Made by a program: the position numbers and the translations under genes
The notes under the pieces: model-generated
The model's input: the letters and a program-made list of their open reading frames with translations, nothing else
Told to the model about the DNA's origin: nothing
The model's database searches: none
Assembly: GCF_004010195.1 (NCBI RefSeq)
Contig: NC_057752.1
Coordinates: forward strand, 10,790,865-10,854,864
DNA length: 64,000 bases
Reading direction: 5' to 3'
Source: Chiloscyllium plagiosum
Taxonomy: Eukaryota
Part shown: one piece after another, positions 24,880-38,419 of the stretch
How positions within the stretch are numbered: position 1 is the stretch's first letter
How the letters are laid out: every line of letters starts with the position of its first letter

Positions 24880-25345
24880 GTTGATGTGCCACACAACGTT
24901 CCTCCTATCCTATGTGATCTAACCAGAGAAACATGGTCTTCTATTCCTTTTTCTTTTATGATTACCAAGTTTCCCTTAAAATGCATTTGTACCGTTCATC
25001 TCAAACATACTCAGTGATAGCAAGTTCCACACGCTCATCACTCCTAGCAATTCATACTGGATTTATTAATGACTATCCTAAATTTATATAGTTTCCTCCA
25101 CAAGTGGAAATGTATCCTATGTCTATGCTATTTTGATGGTCTTTATCAGGTCTGCCCACAATCTTCTCTTCTCTTGGAAGAAAAAGTCTGTTTATTTATT
25201 TTTAAGGAAAGGCATAACCTCTCAGTTCTAATATTACCCTTGTAAATTATTTTTGCTCTTTATCCCCACAATATCTTGACATCTTTTTATAACACTGAAA
25301 CCACAACAAGACACAGTACTGCAAGCGTGGCCTAACCAAGGTCCA
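24880..25345 (-). mobile_element. Very old CR1 3' fragment
   Basis: CACAGTACTGCAAGCGTGGCCTAACCAAGG (LVRPRLQYCV on minus strand) and CR1 3' motifs. Confidence 0.6.
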
Positions 25346-25592
25346 AATCAAGCCATACCTGATAAAGTTTCAGTTGCATCCCTGGATTATAATATGGAAG
25401 GAGGCACCTTTTATAGATATCACCACAAGGTAATCCATTGGATATGCTCTCTAAATAACTCTAGTGCTATATCTTCAGCCTCTCACGTTTGCGTAAACTG
25501 CTCAAGATAGAATTGCAACACTGACCTTGATATTTAAGGGGAGACAGAAAGAATGTGGGACAAGATGAAAACGGCCAGAGAATGTATCGAGG

Positions 25593-25809
25593 TCAAGATT
25601 AGAGTGGTGCTGAAAAAGCACAGCAGGTCAGGCAGCATCGAAGGAGCAGGAAAATTGACGTTTTGGGCAAAGGCTCTTCATCAGGAGCTTTTGCCCAAAA
25701 CGTCAATTTTCCTGCTCCTCGGATGCTGCCTGACCTGCTGTGCTTTTTCAGCACCACTCTAATCTTGACTCTGATCTCCAGCACCTGCAGTACTCACCTT
25801 TCGCCTCGG
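25593..25809. mobile_element. Penelope pLTR hairpin (family A), near-perfect ~90-bp arms
   Basis: Mirror ORFs KIRVVLKKHSRSGSI on both strands; TSD GAATGTATC(G/A)AGG at 25580-25592 and 25810-25822. Confidence 0.92.
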
Positions 25810-26346
25810 GAATGTATCAAGGCTAGGAAAATCCAGCACAGGCAGGCACAGCCAGAGATCAGTGGGTTTGTTCCCAGCAAATAGGGGGTGGGGGGAGGCA
25901 TTGGTATTGTGACAGGCTAGTAAAGCTACATTTCTTTTCCGGCTGGGTTTCCCCAAAGTTGCTGTACAGCAACTGTTAAACAAATAAAACTCCTATTGTA
26001 CTACGGGAGCTTGATTTAAGTATAGCAATGGTGACCTTCCAACATGACACACATACACAAGACCAATCATCGTAAGAATAGATTAAGTTGCATTTTTCAA
26101 AGTGATCTCCTCACCTGCCCACTGGTCTTCACAATCTGTCACTGGGAAGGAGACAATACCAAGGCTAACCTGTCTTTTGGGGTACGATGAAATATCTGGT
26201 ATGGAAGCAAGTCTATTTTCATCTTCGAACGATAAACTCGTTAAATCGTGCCTAATGTGAGCAACAAGTCAATCTCAGTAGACACTTCCATTACGGTCAT
26301 GGGGCCCATAAATGACTTCTTCAGCTCCCCACAAAGTTCAGGTGTA

Positions 26347-26460
26347 GGGCTCTTGTGGTGCAATGGTAGTGTCCCTACTTCCAAGCCAGAAGGCCTGTGT
26401 TCACTTCCCACTTGCTCCAAATGTATAACATACCTGAACAGGCTGTTTGGAAATATCTTC
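26347..26460 (+). mobile_element. Short tRNA-derived SINE
   Basis: GGGCTCTTGTGGTGCAATGGTAGTGTCCCTAC...CCTGAACAGGCTG. Confidence 0.65.
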
Positions 26461-28256
26461 AACCTTAGATGTGGCCGTCAAATGAAGCAGGTAAACCTCA
26501 CTGACAGCGTCCAAGATTCACGGATTTCATTGCAAATTTCCATAAGAGGGAGTTATGTCAGGATTCCTGCACTTGATCATTACCCTGCATACATAAGGAA
26601 CTTCAGGTGATAACTGGATCAAGTATTGCTGCCTTGTTCGCAAATGGTCCCATTGACCAACTCTGCTCACCCAGGAAGAATGCTCGCAGATGTTTGGGGG
26701 TCAGTACGAAAGGAGCTTCAGAGGGTAGTGGTGGGGGGGGGGGGGGGGAATAGAAACAGGAAATTAAAATAAAAACTATTTTAGTGGATGCAAATATAAT
26801 GGTCTTTCCTCGATCAACAGATCAAATCTCTCTGCTCTTCCTTTATCTCTACTTCTGACCCTATAATAGATCTCATAACTGTGGCACAACATCACTATTT
26901 AAACTGTGAATAAAAGAGGCCAAATCAAACTGGACAGGGTGAATGGAAAAAATATATTTAATATAAACATTAAAAATCAATAGATCAAAGTATTAGGGGA
27001 AAAAGCTATTACAACACAAAAGCAACATCGAAATTGTTAGATTACTGACAATGAACACAAAATTTCAAATAATGCACTTCTCCATTCTCTTTTTCAGCCT
27101 AGATTTAAATGTGTAGTGGGAATTGATTAAAGGAATAAAGACACATCAGCACTATTTTCTGCCTTACTTAAAGGATTATTAAATTTTGTTGAAGATTCTT
27201 ACTCTACTGGGGCAACTAGCTGACCTACAATGTGCAGCAATTAAAACATTTGCTCTTCAACTCTGCCTCTTGTTAGGCTGCTTCAGTGTATATGGACCCC
27301 TCTTACCTAAGAAAGTGTTTTGTGCTGAAAACAAGTATAGTGTTCCCACGGCCTGTCCCACCAATGGCATCCTTGTCACAGTGCTGTTTTTGAAAGGAAG
27401 AAATGGCTTGCCCCAAAGATTAATTGGCTCTTCATTCTGTGTCCTGTGTGTCAGTCTTTAACTTCAATTTGGCTATCACACAAAATTGCGTCTGATTGGC
27501 TACTCATTGGTACTTTCATTTAGAAAGGCCATAAAATGATTGCTTTAGGGTTCTTGGGGCACCGTGGTAATGTCTCTATCTCTGAGCCATGACATCTCTG
27601 AACAGGTTAGAAAATATTTGTACAATGGTTGCAACTAGCCATGGACTATTACTAGACCAATGCAAAAGGAGACACTGTTCTAATGTTTGGATAATTTCAA
27701 ATTGTTGAAGGCACAACACAACAACTGTAATGGATAGTTGTGTTATACTCAGTTGGATAAACTGAAAGCATAACCCCCCCCAACAAAATGTGCCTCATCA
27801 AAACTGACTCAAAATTTCAGCTTGGTTAACTAATAATCAACCACACTCCCAAATCTAAACTAGTTTGCTCTTATCCTATTGTTAGATTGATATTATACAG
27901 TTTTGTTCAACAGATTCCTTCCACCTTCCTGAGCAAGAAGCAGTAGAAGGCTGACACAGGATGCACCACATCTTGACTCATCTCACATTGTGACTAAGAC
28001 AGAACTGCAACACAACTGCAGTAATACAAATTTCTATTACACATCCAATTTCAGAAATTCTCATTAATTCACTCATTTTCTGTCTTAATTTAATTCTAGG
28101 TCATTTGGCAATTCACTGACTTGACCTTTTCATAATAGTCCGAATGATTTTTTGGAGGAAGCTACTCCCCAGTGTTCAACTGCCTGGGGCTCACTCACAC
28201 AGGCAACGTTATGAACTGACTGTTGCAGCATCCATTTGCTCTAGGTACTTAGTAGT

Positions 28257-28446
28257 GGGCGGCACGGTGGCACAGTGGTTAGCACTGCTGCCTCACAGCG
28301 CCAGAGACCTGGGTTCAATTCCCACCTCAGGCAACTTACTGTGTGGAGTTTGCACATTCTCCCCGTGTCTGCGTGGGTTTCCTCCGGGTGCTCCGGTTTC
28401 CTCCCACAGTCCAAAGATGTGCAGGTCATAATCTAATCTAATCTAA
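28257..28446 (+). mobile_element. HE1 SINE lacking its LINE-derived body but keeping the (AATCT)n tail
   Basis: Full head and V-domain, then GTGCAGGTCA joined directly to TAATCTAATCTAATCTA. Confidence 0.9.
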
Positions 28447-28812
28447 AAAACCAATGTGTGTGGTACAGATTTAAACACAAATAAAATCAACTCCAAGTCT
28501 ACTGGTCAGGAGGTGGTCAGACTAATGCCAGAAAACTTTGCTTACTTGATGGGGCACTGTCTCAGCTCAGCGCTACTGCAGCATAAGATTATTGATTATG
28601 AAATGGACTTGCTAGATACAGACCAATTCAATGGATTTTTGGATTTTACATAATGGAGCTACAGATTTGACCAATATGACTATTAGTTGAGGAGAAAGTT
28701 GCTGTATCACAGCAGGTCCTTAACTCATATAGACCAAAGAGTCTAAGTGCCATATTCCAGTAAACAAATTCGTGTTAAATTAAATACAGGTTGAACAAAT
28801 AGTGCTGTATGT

Positions 28813-30365
28813 CAGAGTCATGGACGGTCCAACCCATCCATGCCAACCAGATATCCCAACCCAATCTAGTCCCACTTGCCGGCACTTGGCCCATATCCCT
28901 CCAAACCCTTCCTATTCATATACCCATCCAAATGCCTCTTAAATGTTGCAATTGTACCAGCCTCCACCACTTCTTCTGGCAGCTCATTCCATACACGTAC
29001 CACCTTCTGTGTGAAAAAGTTGCCCCTTAGGTCTCTTTTATATCTTTCCCCTCTCACCCTAAACCTATGCCCTCTAGTTCTGGACTCCCCCACCCCAGGG
29101 AAAAGACTTTGTCTATTTATCCTATCCATGCCCCTCAATTTTGTAAACTTCTGTAAGGTCACCCCTCAGCCTCCAGGGAAAACAGCCCCAGCCTGTCCAG
29201 CCTCTCTCTATAGCTGAAACCCTCCAACGCTGGCAACATCCTTGTAAATCTTTTCTGAACTCTTTCAAGTTTCACAACATCTTTCCGATAGGAAGGAGAC
29301 CAGAATTGCACGCAAAATTCCTACAGTGGCCTAACCAATGTCCTGTACAGCCGCAACATGACCTCCCAACTCCTGTACTCAATGCTCTGACCAATAAAGG
29401 AAAGCATACCAAACACCTTCTTCACTATCCTATCTACCTGCGACTCCACTTTCAAGGAGCTGTGAACCTGCACTCCAAGGTCTCTTTGTTCAGCAACACT
29501 CCCTTGGACCTTACCATTAAGTGTATAAGTCCTGCTAAGATTTGCTTTCCCAAAGTGCAGCACCTCGCATTTATCTGAATTAAACTCCATCTACCACGTC
29601 TCAGCCCATTGGCCCATCTGGTCAAGAACCTGTTGTAATCTGGGGTAACCCTCTTCGCTGTCCACTACATCTCCAATTTTGGTGTCATGTGCAAACTTAC
29701 TAACTATACCTCTTATGATCGCATCCAAATCATTTATGTAAATGACAAAAAGTAGTGGACCCAGCACCGATCCTTGTGGCACTCCACTGGTCACAGGCCT
29801 CCAGTCTGAAAAACAACCCACCACCACCCTGTGTCTCCTACCTTTGAGCCAGTTCTGTATCCAAATGGCTAGTTCTCCCTGTATTCCGTGAGATCTAACC
29901 TTGCTAATCAGTCTCCCATGGGGAACCTTGTTAAACGCCTTGCTGAAGTCCATATAGATCACATCTACTGCTCTGCCCTCATCAATCCTCTTTGTTACTT
30001 CTTCAAAAAAGTCAATCAAGTTTGTGAGACATGATTTCCCATGCACAAAGCCATGTTGACTATCCCTAATCAGTCCTTGCCTTTCCAAATACATGTACAT
30101 CCTGTCCCTCAGGATTCCCTCCAACAACTTGCCCACCACCGAGGTCAGGCTCATTGGTCTATAGTTTCCTGGTTTGTCCTTACCACCGTTCTTAAACAGT
30201 GGCACCACGTTTGCCAACCTCTAGTCTTCCGGCACCTCACCTGTGTCTATCGATGATACAAATATCTCAGCAAGAGGCGCAGCAATCACTTCTCTAGCTT
30301 CCCACAGAGTTCTAGGGTACACCTGATCAGGTCCTGGGGATTTATCCACTTTTATGCATTTCACA
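28813..30365 (-). mobile_element. HER1/CR1 LINE, 5'-truncated RT to 3' end
   Basis: NYRPMSLTSVVGKLLE, DFSKAFNKVPH, GVPQGSVLGPLLF, FAHDTK. Confidence 0.95.
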
Positions 30366-30494
30366 CATCTTGGCACCTAACTTGTTAGCATGGCTAATGG
30401 TCACTCAACAGCACTACTCCATTTGGCTAGCTTGATTACACTAGTTTCCAGACCGACACGAAGTGCCATTGTGTTTATACATGTTCCACCATGC

Positions 30495-30828
30495 TGGGGA
30501 TGACGGCTCAGTGGTTAGCACTGGTGCCTCTCAGCACCAGGGACCCAGGTTCGATTCTAGCTTTGGGTAATATTCACCGTGAAGTTTGTATGTTCTCCCA
30601 TGTCTGCGTAGGTTTCCACTGGGTGCACCAGTTTTCCTCCCTCAGTCTAAAAATGTGCAGATTGGCCAAGCTAAATTGCCCAGAGTCCAGGGATATACAG
30701 GCAAGCAGGTGAATTAGCCTGGAAATACAGGGTTCTGGGAGGGGATCTGAATGGGATGCTCTCCAGAGGTTCAGTATGGACACGATGGGCTGAATGGCCT
30801 CTTGCCATACTGTAGGGATTCTATGATC
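30495..30828 (+). mobile_element. Older HE1-like V-SINE
   Basis: GGCTCAGTGGTTAGCAC, GGTTCGATTC, tail GTAGGGATTCTATGA. Confidence 0.8.
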
Positions 30829-31384
30829 ATGCACGTCTGCAGTGATTGAGATAGCTTAAACATGCATATTCATATCCAGTACGCTCTTTCCAACACCCAT
30901 TCTTTCTATCTATTGGTGCACAGATTATTAAAAGTTTCATGCTGATGCTCTGTAGCTAAACATCTGTTTCAATATAAAATCTGATACGATTTACATCAGT
31001 TTAAAATGTTTGGCTCTCTTGCATATTGTAGTCACAATGTTACTGCATCAAGCTACAGACTCTCTCAGGTAGGTCTCAGTACAAATAATACAAAGTTCAG
31101 AATTAGCAGCTCTGCACCAGGATTTGGAATGGGAGTTATCCTATGCATGAAGATAGCTGTACATTCTTTTTTAAGAATGAATTCTTTGAATGTGGGCAAC
31201 AGGTACCACTTATTGGAGATGCCCATTTGCTCCGAACATATTGAAATTCAGTTGCATTGTGTAGGACTAGACTGACGTGTCAGCCACGTTCATTTCCCTT
31301 TAAGGATTTTGTGAACAAGTTGAGTTTTCTTTGAGCATATCATGATCCAACTTAAATAGACGTACATTTGATATGGAACACTTG

Positions 31385-31640
31385 GGTGTCAACTATGGCT
31401 TAGTGGGGAGTACTCTCACTTCTGGGCCACATCCTACACCAGAAGTCTGTGCACCTAATTTAAGCTGACACAAGGGCTGATTGAGAATACTGCATGCAAT
31501 TAGAGTTGCAATCTTTTTGAATAAGACATTAAACTAAAGTTCAATCCGCCCTCTTAGGTCTCATGCCACTACTTCAAGGGGAACTCCTGTATCGTTCTCC
31601 ATGGCTTTGTTAACTGTCACTCTTCAAATCAACATAACTG
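31385..31640 (+). mobile_element. Highly diverged DeuSINE
   Basis: GTCAACTATGGCTTAGTGG head; GAATAAGACATTAAACTAAAG...CCGCCCTCTTAGG Deu-like segment. Confidence 0.5.
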
Positions 31641-32067
31641 AAGCAAATTATTTGGCCTGTATCTGGTTTTTATTTCTTGTGTCATGCACAAATTTTCCAT
31701 GCCCTTTCCTGCATTGTGACAGTGACTACATTGCAGAAAGTAATTTAAGCACTGTGTGGTGGCTTCTATCACATAAATGCGAGCTAACTTTTGGCTTTCA
31801 TATTGGCCCCCAAATCCTCTCCATAATGTTAAGGAACTGTGGAAGAAAACTTTCCATGCAAAAATGTACAAACTCCCAACAGTGTAAATATTGGTTGAAA
31901 ACGTGAGAAAGTAAAAGTAGCACCCAAAAACTATTCATCTTAAGAGCAAAATACCTTGTTGAGTGTGGCAGGAACAAAAAGAGCACAACTTGACTCTTTG
32001 CATCATACTTGAATGCATTCCTTATTTTAGTCAATACCTCCATCTGGGAATTTTTCTCTTCACCCAC

Positions 32068-32389
32068 GGTGGCACGGTGGCACAGTGGTTAGCACTGCTG
32101 CCTCACAGCGCCAGAGACCCGGGTTCAATTCCCGCCTCAGGCGACTGACTGTGTGGAGTTTGCACATTCTCCCCGTGACTGCGTGGGTTTCCTCCGGGTG
32201 CTCCGGTTTCCTCCCACAATCCAAAAATGTGCAGGTTAGGTGAATTGGCCACGCTAAATTGCCCGTAGTGTTAGGTAAGGGGTAAATGTAGGAGAATGGG
32301 TCTGGGTGGGTTACGCTTCGGCGGGTCGGTGTGGACTTGTTGGGCCGAAGGGCCTGATCCACACTGTAGGTAATCTAAATCTAAATCTA
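32068..32389 (+). mobile_element. HE1 V-SINE, full length
   Basis: Near-identical to 2851-3162 and 63617-63952. Confidence 0.95.
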
Positions 32390-32649
32390 AAACAAGTACA
32401 TAATGCTGCTTTTCAGTATTGTGGTAGTCATGCACTTTGGCCTGTCTTTTTATCAAGGGGTATTATCCAAGCATTCCAAGGCACTTTATAGAGGTGTTAC
32501 TCAACTCAGGAAACGCTGCCTCTATGATATTGATTTTAAGTCAGGTATTAAGACAAGAGAAAGAGGTCAAGATACCAAGGTGTCTATGGAGAAAATTGGG
32601 TAATAATTGTGGTTTGAGGTGAATGTGAGGTGGCAATTGCTGAAGCAAG

Positions 32650-33545
32650 TTTAGCATTTGCCGGTTTACACACCGGATTGTGGAGGAAACACAGTATCAA
32701 AGCTACAACAAAAACTGCTGTGGTAATACCTGATCTCTTACATGCCTGTGAGACATAGGCTACCTACTCCAGACACATTAAACAGTGTCACATGTTCTAA
32801 ATGCATCTTGTGTGGAGCCTAACAGTTATAAAATGAGAGGGGTAGGTGCTCAACACTGAAGCACTTCCAAGAGCAGAAATAACTGGAATTGAAGTATGGC
32901 GAAAGTGAGGACTGCAGATGCTGGAGATTAGAGCCAAGAGTGTGGTGCTGGAAAGCCACAGCAGGTCAGGCAGCATCTGAGGAGCAGGAAAATCAACATT
33001 TCGGGCATAAGCCCTTCAACAGGTAGGGCTTTTGCCCAAAACATTGATTTTCCTGGTCCACGGATGCTGCCTGACCTGCTGTGTTTTTCCAGCACCACAC
33101 TCTTGGCTGAATTGAAGTATTCCCACCATCAGCTCAAATGGAGTGAATATGCAGTATATATGGCTGACAATAAAAACTCTGAAGGCAGTCACGACTTAAA
33201 CTTGAACACTGCGTGAGGTGAGCCAAGAAGAAGATACAAAGACTCCTTGAGGTGAACCTCAGAAAACTTACTGGGAGAAAAATGCACAGGAAAGATCTGC
33301 CTGAAGAACAATCTTAAGTAATGGTGTTCCTTCCTTCAAACAGCAAATACAGGCAGCTAAGCACAAAAGACAAGCTACAAAGATGGTAGTCCCACCAGAA
33401 TCAGACAATTCATTCTTGACCACGATGTGGAAAGCCACGCAGGTCTGTAATTGGGCTCCACAGCCCACATCAGAACACACAACAGATGACTCGATGCATA
33501 TAATCAGTCATCTTCAGGAACGAAGGGACACTGAGGATGACAACA
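32650..33545 (+). mobile_element. Decayed RTE-type LINE 3' fragment
   Basis: AVVIPDLLHACET*ATYSRHIKQ resembles RTE VVLTTLLYGCETW; QLKWSEYAV; KRRYKDSL. Confidence 0.6.
32898..33108. mobile_element. Penelope pLTR hairpin (family A) inside the RTE fragment
   Basis: Perfect 12-bp TSD GAATTGAAGTAT at 32886-32897 and 33109-33120; inverted arms. Confidence 0.92.
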
Positions 33546-36301
33546 GAATGTCAGACAGAAATGGGTAAATAAACAAATTTTAACTTACTTCAAATTCAAA
33601 AAAATATTCACACGCTGCAACTCTGAAATCAAATATCACACAAGTAGTAGGCACATACTGAGACTGCTGCAAGAACATCCAGGCCCATTAAACAGTCTGC
33701 AATTGCACACATCTGTTTGTGTCAATATGATAGACATTTTTATCACAAGTTTATATGTATAACATAGACCAATACATGCAAATGGTGTGACATGACTCAA
33801 AACTGCACATAACAATTGTTCTAAGACATGGAATCTATTTGCAATATATGACTCTACGACTCTATTTCACGGAGTTGTGCAAGTAGGATTTGCATCCCTT
33901 TGAAAACCAGCATAGGTGACGCCATTCATCTTTGATGTCTCATTTCCTACTTGCATTTCCTTCCCATTTTTGTGGTCATCTGGCTCTCTTTCCCTTCACT
34001 CAGGCCTGGCTCTTGCGTTCATTAAGATTTCAGGTGAAAGGAAATGCAAGCAATAGAAGGACAAATCAGCAGCAGTCCCACAGGGCAGCGTGGGATGCTT
34101 CAGCTCACGGCAGAAAGGCTGCTGATGTGATGTGGTTGGACAATAAGGGAGTCGGCAAGGTGATATTTCAAAGCCACCCTCCATAACAACATTCCATCTC
34201 CAGAAAACAGCAATTAATTAATCAGAAAACTGATCGGGAAGGTGACCAAATCATCTAAATATTAAAGCTTTTAACCAGCCTATAAAATTAAGATAGTCTT
34301 TCATTACACAATTTGTCCAAAATGCATTTGCTGTGTAGCTATAATAAGTGATGTGATTTTAAGAAATACATAACACTTCAGAATACTCCACCATTCATAA
34401 CATTTGATGAATAAACTTAAAATTTCAAGAAGATATTTCTGCTTTTTACACAGAAATGCTGCAGCAATCCTTGCAGGGCTCATTGAGAAGAATATTAAAA
34501 TTTCTAAGATGCAAGAGCTCACAGTTAGGAGGTGCTTCCCTGAAAACAATACGCCATCACTTTCTAAAAATAACAATGGATTTAGACAGGGGTTTCACTG
34601 CAATTCTCCACTAGGTAGCTCCCTGCTCATTGGCGTTTGGCATTGGCCAATCATACTCTCGTCTTTACAGCAACGCAAGGCAGTTAAATTAACTAGTTGA
34701 GGGGATTCTTCCTGTTGCGATATTTCACAAGATCAGAGAGAATCAAATGTCACTGTCTCTATTATACTCAATAAGGACTCCAGAAGGTACTTGTGAAAAA
34801 AAAAGTAAAATCTGAATCTATTAATTAATTATTCAGTGTGTCAGAACACATTCCTCAAAGCCACTAATAAAAGTGAAGTGAAATATTCAAACAAATAGGG
34901 TCACCAAGAACATTATTCGATACTGAGCCTCACAGGAGGTCATAATTTAAGCTAATAGCTGGAATTTTCCCTCACTAGTATTCATTTGTTGAAATCCCTG
35001 TAACACATGAATAAATAATTCTTCCACTCATTTTGTTCATTCAGTTGCCTGCCTTGCTGTGACCTACTTATAGAGACCCTTACTCCATACAGTATCAAGA
35101 CAAACCAGGACTGCAGAACAAGTCAGCTGCATTCATACTAAACAGAACACTTATTTTTGGAAACAAAGATTAACCATACAGTTTTAATTTGTTTTAACAA
35201 AATGGTACAGAATTTTACTGCAGATGGCTATGGACAAAATGTCAATTCCCGTGCACTTAAATCTAACAGCATTGCTCTCTTATTTCTTAAAAGGCCAAAA
35301 TAACAACTTAAATTACCAAAGTCCTGCAGTCCAGTGTTAAACATTGCAAAGATTGAGCAGAACTGTGAAAATATATCTAGAAAATACTAATTCATCCAGA
35401 AGCTTCAGTGCTACTGACAAAGGTATTACAAAGCCAAACTGACATGGCATCCGACCAATATACAGTAATGGCCTTTCAGCTGCTCAGGCCCCAGGATGCC
35501 AAACAATAGAGAAATCACAAAACTCTCCATGGTCACAGGACTACATGCCACAATCGTTTAGTAACTTTAAATCAACAGCATTAAACACCACAGTCTTTTA
35601 AGTATACAATGAACACTTATGGATTATTACTGAAAGGGGACCATATTTGTCAATGAAAAACTCAGCCTGACTGAACCACACTTTGGATTGCTTAAGCAAT
35701 TAAGAATTGCAAACTCTACTTTTACTGTACCTCAGTATATTAACATCATCCTTTTTTTACAGCTTTGCATTCACTTGCAAGTGAGAAACACTGAAAAGTG
35801 TTTGAGACACAGGACTGATAATCCCATAGTACTGCAACTGCAGTCACACTGTTATACTCCACTACTGCATTTTAAAGAAGAAAACAACAGGGCTGATTGC
35901 ATCCTCAAACATTTCTATTATGGAGGAGACTTTTACAATATGGGCATCTTACAAATGATATGTATGCTTGTGCCACATTTGTAAAGAAAGATGTTGGATT
36001 TGTATACCTTACCAATGTACTTAAAACACTTTTTAAATGCAAAAAGCAATTTTAATTCTAGCTGTAAATACACAATAGATACAAAATACAGTCACCTATT
36101 TTTGATGCATCAGCACATAAATAAATGACAATTAACCTCCTTTGCACAAATGCTACTGGGAAGTTCCCATTATTTTAAATTAACAACAACCCTAAGACAA
36201 AGCAGGCCTTTTTCGGTTCCAATTATAGAACATGATTTTCCTTATGCACTAACAGATGCTGATCATGTATCACTGGGAAGTGAGAGATGCTGGACACTTA
36301 C

Positions 36302-36311
36302 TTTACTCCAC
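36302..36311 (-). other. Candidate 10-nt micro-exon of an unidentified host gene
   Basis: Minus strand: acttttctttctatttcag|GTGGAGTAAA|gtaagt. Confidence 0.45.
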
Positions 36312-38419
36312 CTGAAATAGAAAGAAAAGTATGGAATATAATGGCTGCAAGTTTCACATGGATGTCCTTTAACAAGGCTTAAATGGTACTCAGTAACATT
36401 ACAAAAACACATAACCGAGCAGCTTTAAAAGTCAGTCAGCATTTGGTACTGGTACACATCTGGCATTTCATTAAAAACGAATACGCACTGAGGAAAGTAT
36501 TGTCACAACGTCCAGATAATCAAGCTTGCAACTTGGGGAGAAAGGTGAATGAGAGAAGGGAAGAGAAAAGTGAACCAGGGAAAGAGACAATCCTACAACA
36601 ATATATAAAACAATACAGCAATGTGCAATATCTTAACACCAGGTGCCTCTCATATAACATTCACTGCGATACATGTCATTTTGTGGATTTCAGGCATGCC
36701 ACATTTTAAAATGTTAATCAAATTTCTACTGTGGATGACACAGAAAAATATGTCTCAACAGCTTGCTCCAACATTCAAGGATAAAAAAGGATCTATATTT
36801 CACACTGCCTTAATATACTGCATCTAAAATTTCGAAAACAAACCAGTGTCAGCTGCATTATCAAACAACTAGAAGAGCTTCTAAAAATTTAAATCAACTC
36901 ACCACAGCATTATGTGAAGCCTTATATTGAAGGGACATTGTGCTTACAAAAAAGGGAGTCTTCCTTATTCAAATCAGTTGCATCATTACATGCTAAGCAT
37001 CCAGCTCACCAAACCCTCCACTCTGAGAATGCCCCCATTAGCACTATGACAAGACAATTGTTCTTTCGAGGAGCTCAGAAACAGACTTCGTCCAGCTGCT
37101 GAATGAGAGGTCACCGGGAGCCGTGCCAAAATTGAACACTTCACAGATACAGATACACTACGTTCCTTTTTGTCAGAGCGTCACAGTGCACAGCTATTCC
37201 TTCCTGTGCTTATTTTAGTCCACACGAGATGATTTGCCGAAAATCAATGCAGAGCCTTCTCTGTGCACTTAAAAAATGTTTCATTCAAACTGACACAGCA
37301 GCTGCTGTTAGCACTGTTCACAGACTTTCCCATTTGTGGAAAGCAACAGCTTCCCATTAGATGTTCTTCTGCCTTAATAACTCCTAACTACAAAATTGTT
37401 ACCATTCCAAAGTATGTCAAATGGCTTGAATATGGCAACCTCTCAAGAGCAGGACTGGAACAGTGAGAATGTAAAAAGGTGCAAAGAAACACCAACTGGA
37501 TGAGCTCCTCCCATATTATATCTACGAATCAGCCTGCACCTGAACATCTTCGGACACAACTTTTCTCCTATCAAACAGGAGCGAGCACAGAGCAACACAA
37601 AAATCCGTGCCCTCTTTTAACATGCCATAAAATCTTCAAACCAAAAAAAAACCTCAGTGCCGCAAGACAGTAACGTCAGATTTGGGGGGCTTGGACATAA
37701 AAATACTTCACTATGGAATTTATCTGGAGGGTCTACAGAAGCTCCTTGGTTCTTTGTAAAACTTGCAGGTAAAAAGCACTTCAAATTCAACAAACATTAA
37801 ATCATTGATCTGAGTGTGGCAAGAATGACAAACCAATAGCAGTCAAGGGGAAATCTAGAGAAATAGGAGGGTGAAGGAACTAGAATTAGCTGACAGGAGA
37901 CTTGCCTGCATGCATGAAAGGGAGTTATGAAATGGTTGGGCCAAATGGCCTGCTTTGTGTATTTCTTTATTCAGATAAAACCATTGGTTATACAGAAAAT
38001 AAAGCCTCCTCTCAAAGACAATATTGTGTGACACAGGCCTGACCAACAAGCTAAGCTTTTGACATATTTTACATTTTAGACAATTAACAGTGGAGTTATG
38101 GGCACTTTCAGATACCAAGGAAGCATTTACACCCAAAGAATATTGTTTTTAATATCACACACAGTTGGTCAAAAGTATAGCAAATGAGACTGACCTCATG
38201 TCAAGGTCAGCCAGGGCCAACTTCTCGTCTATGCTTTCTCTATGTTCCCAAAGGATGCTTTTCTCCAGCAAGTCTGCTTCAGTCTTTACTAATGGGATTC
38301 CCCCTCCCCAAATGCATCAGTAGAATATGTTCATAAGACTGGCCAGCAGTTGAGGGCCAGGAAGGTTTCAGTTTAATAAATGAGAATTAATATACATATC
38401 TCAATGGTAAAGTATGATG

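Noticed and set aside
25553..25784. Mirror-image ORFs on both strands as genes
   Set aside because: A consequence of the DNA palindrome.
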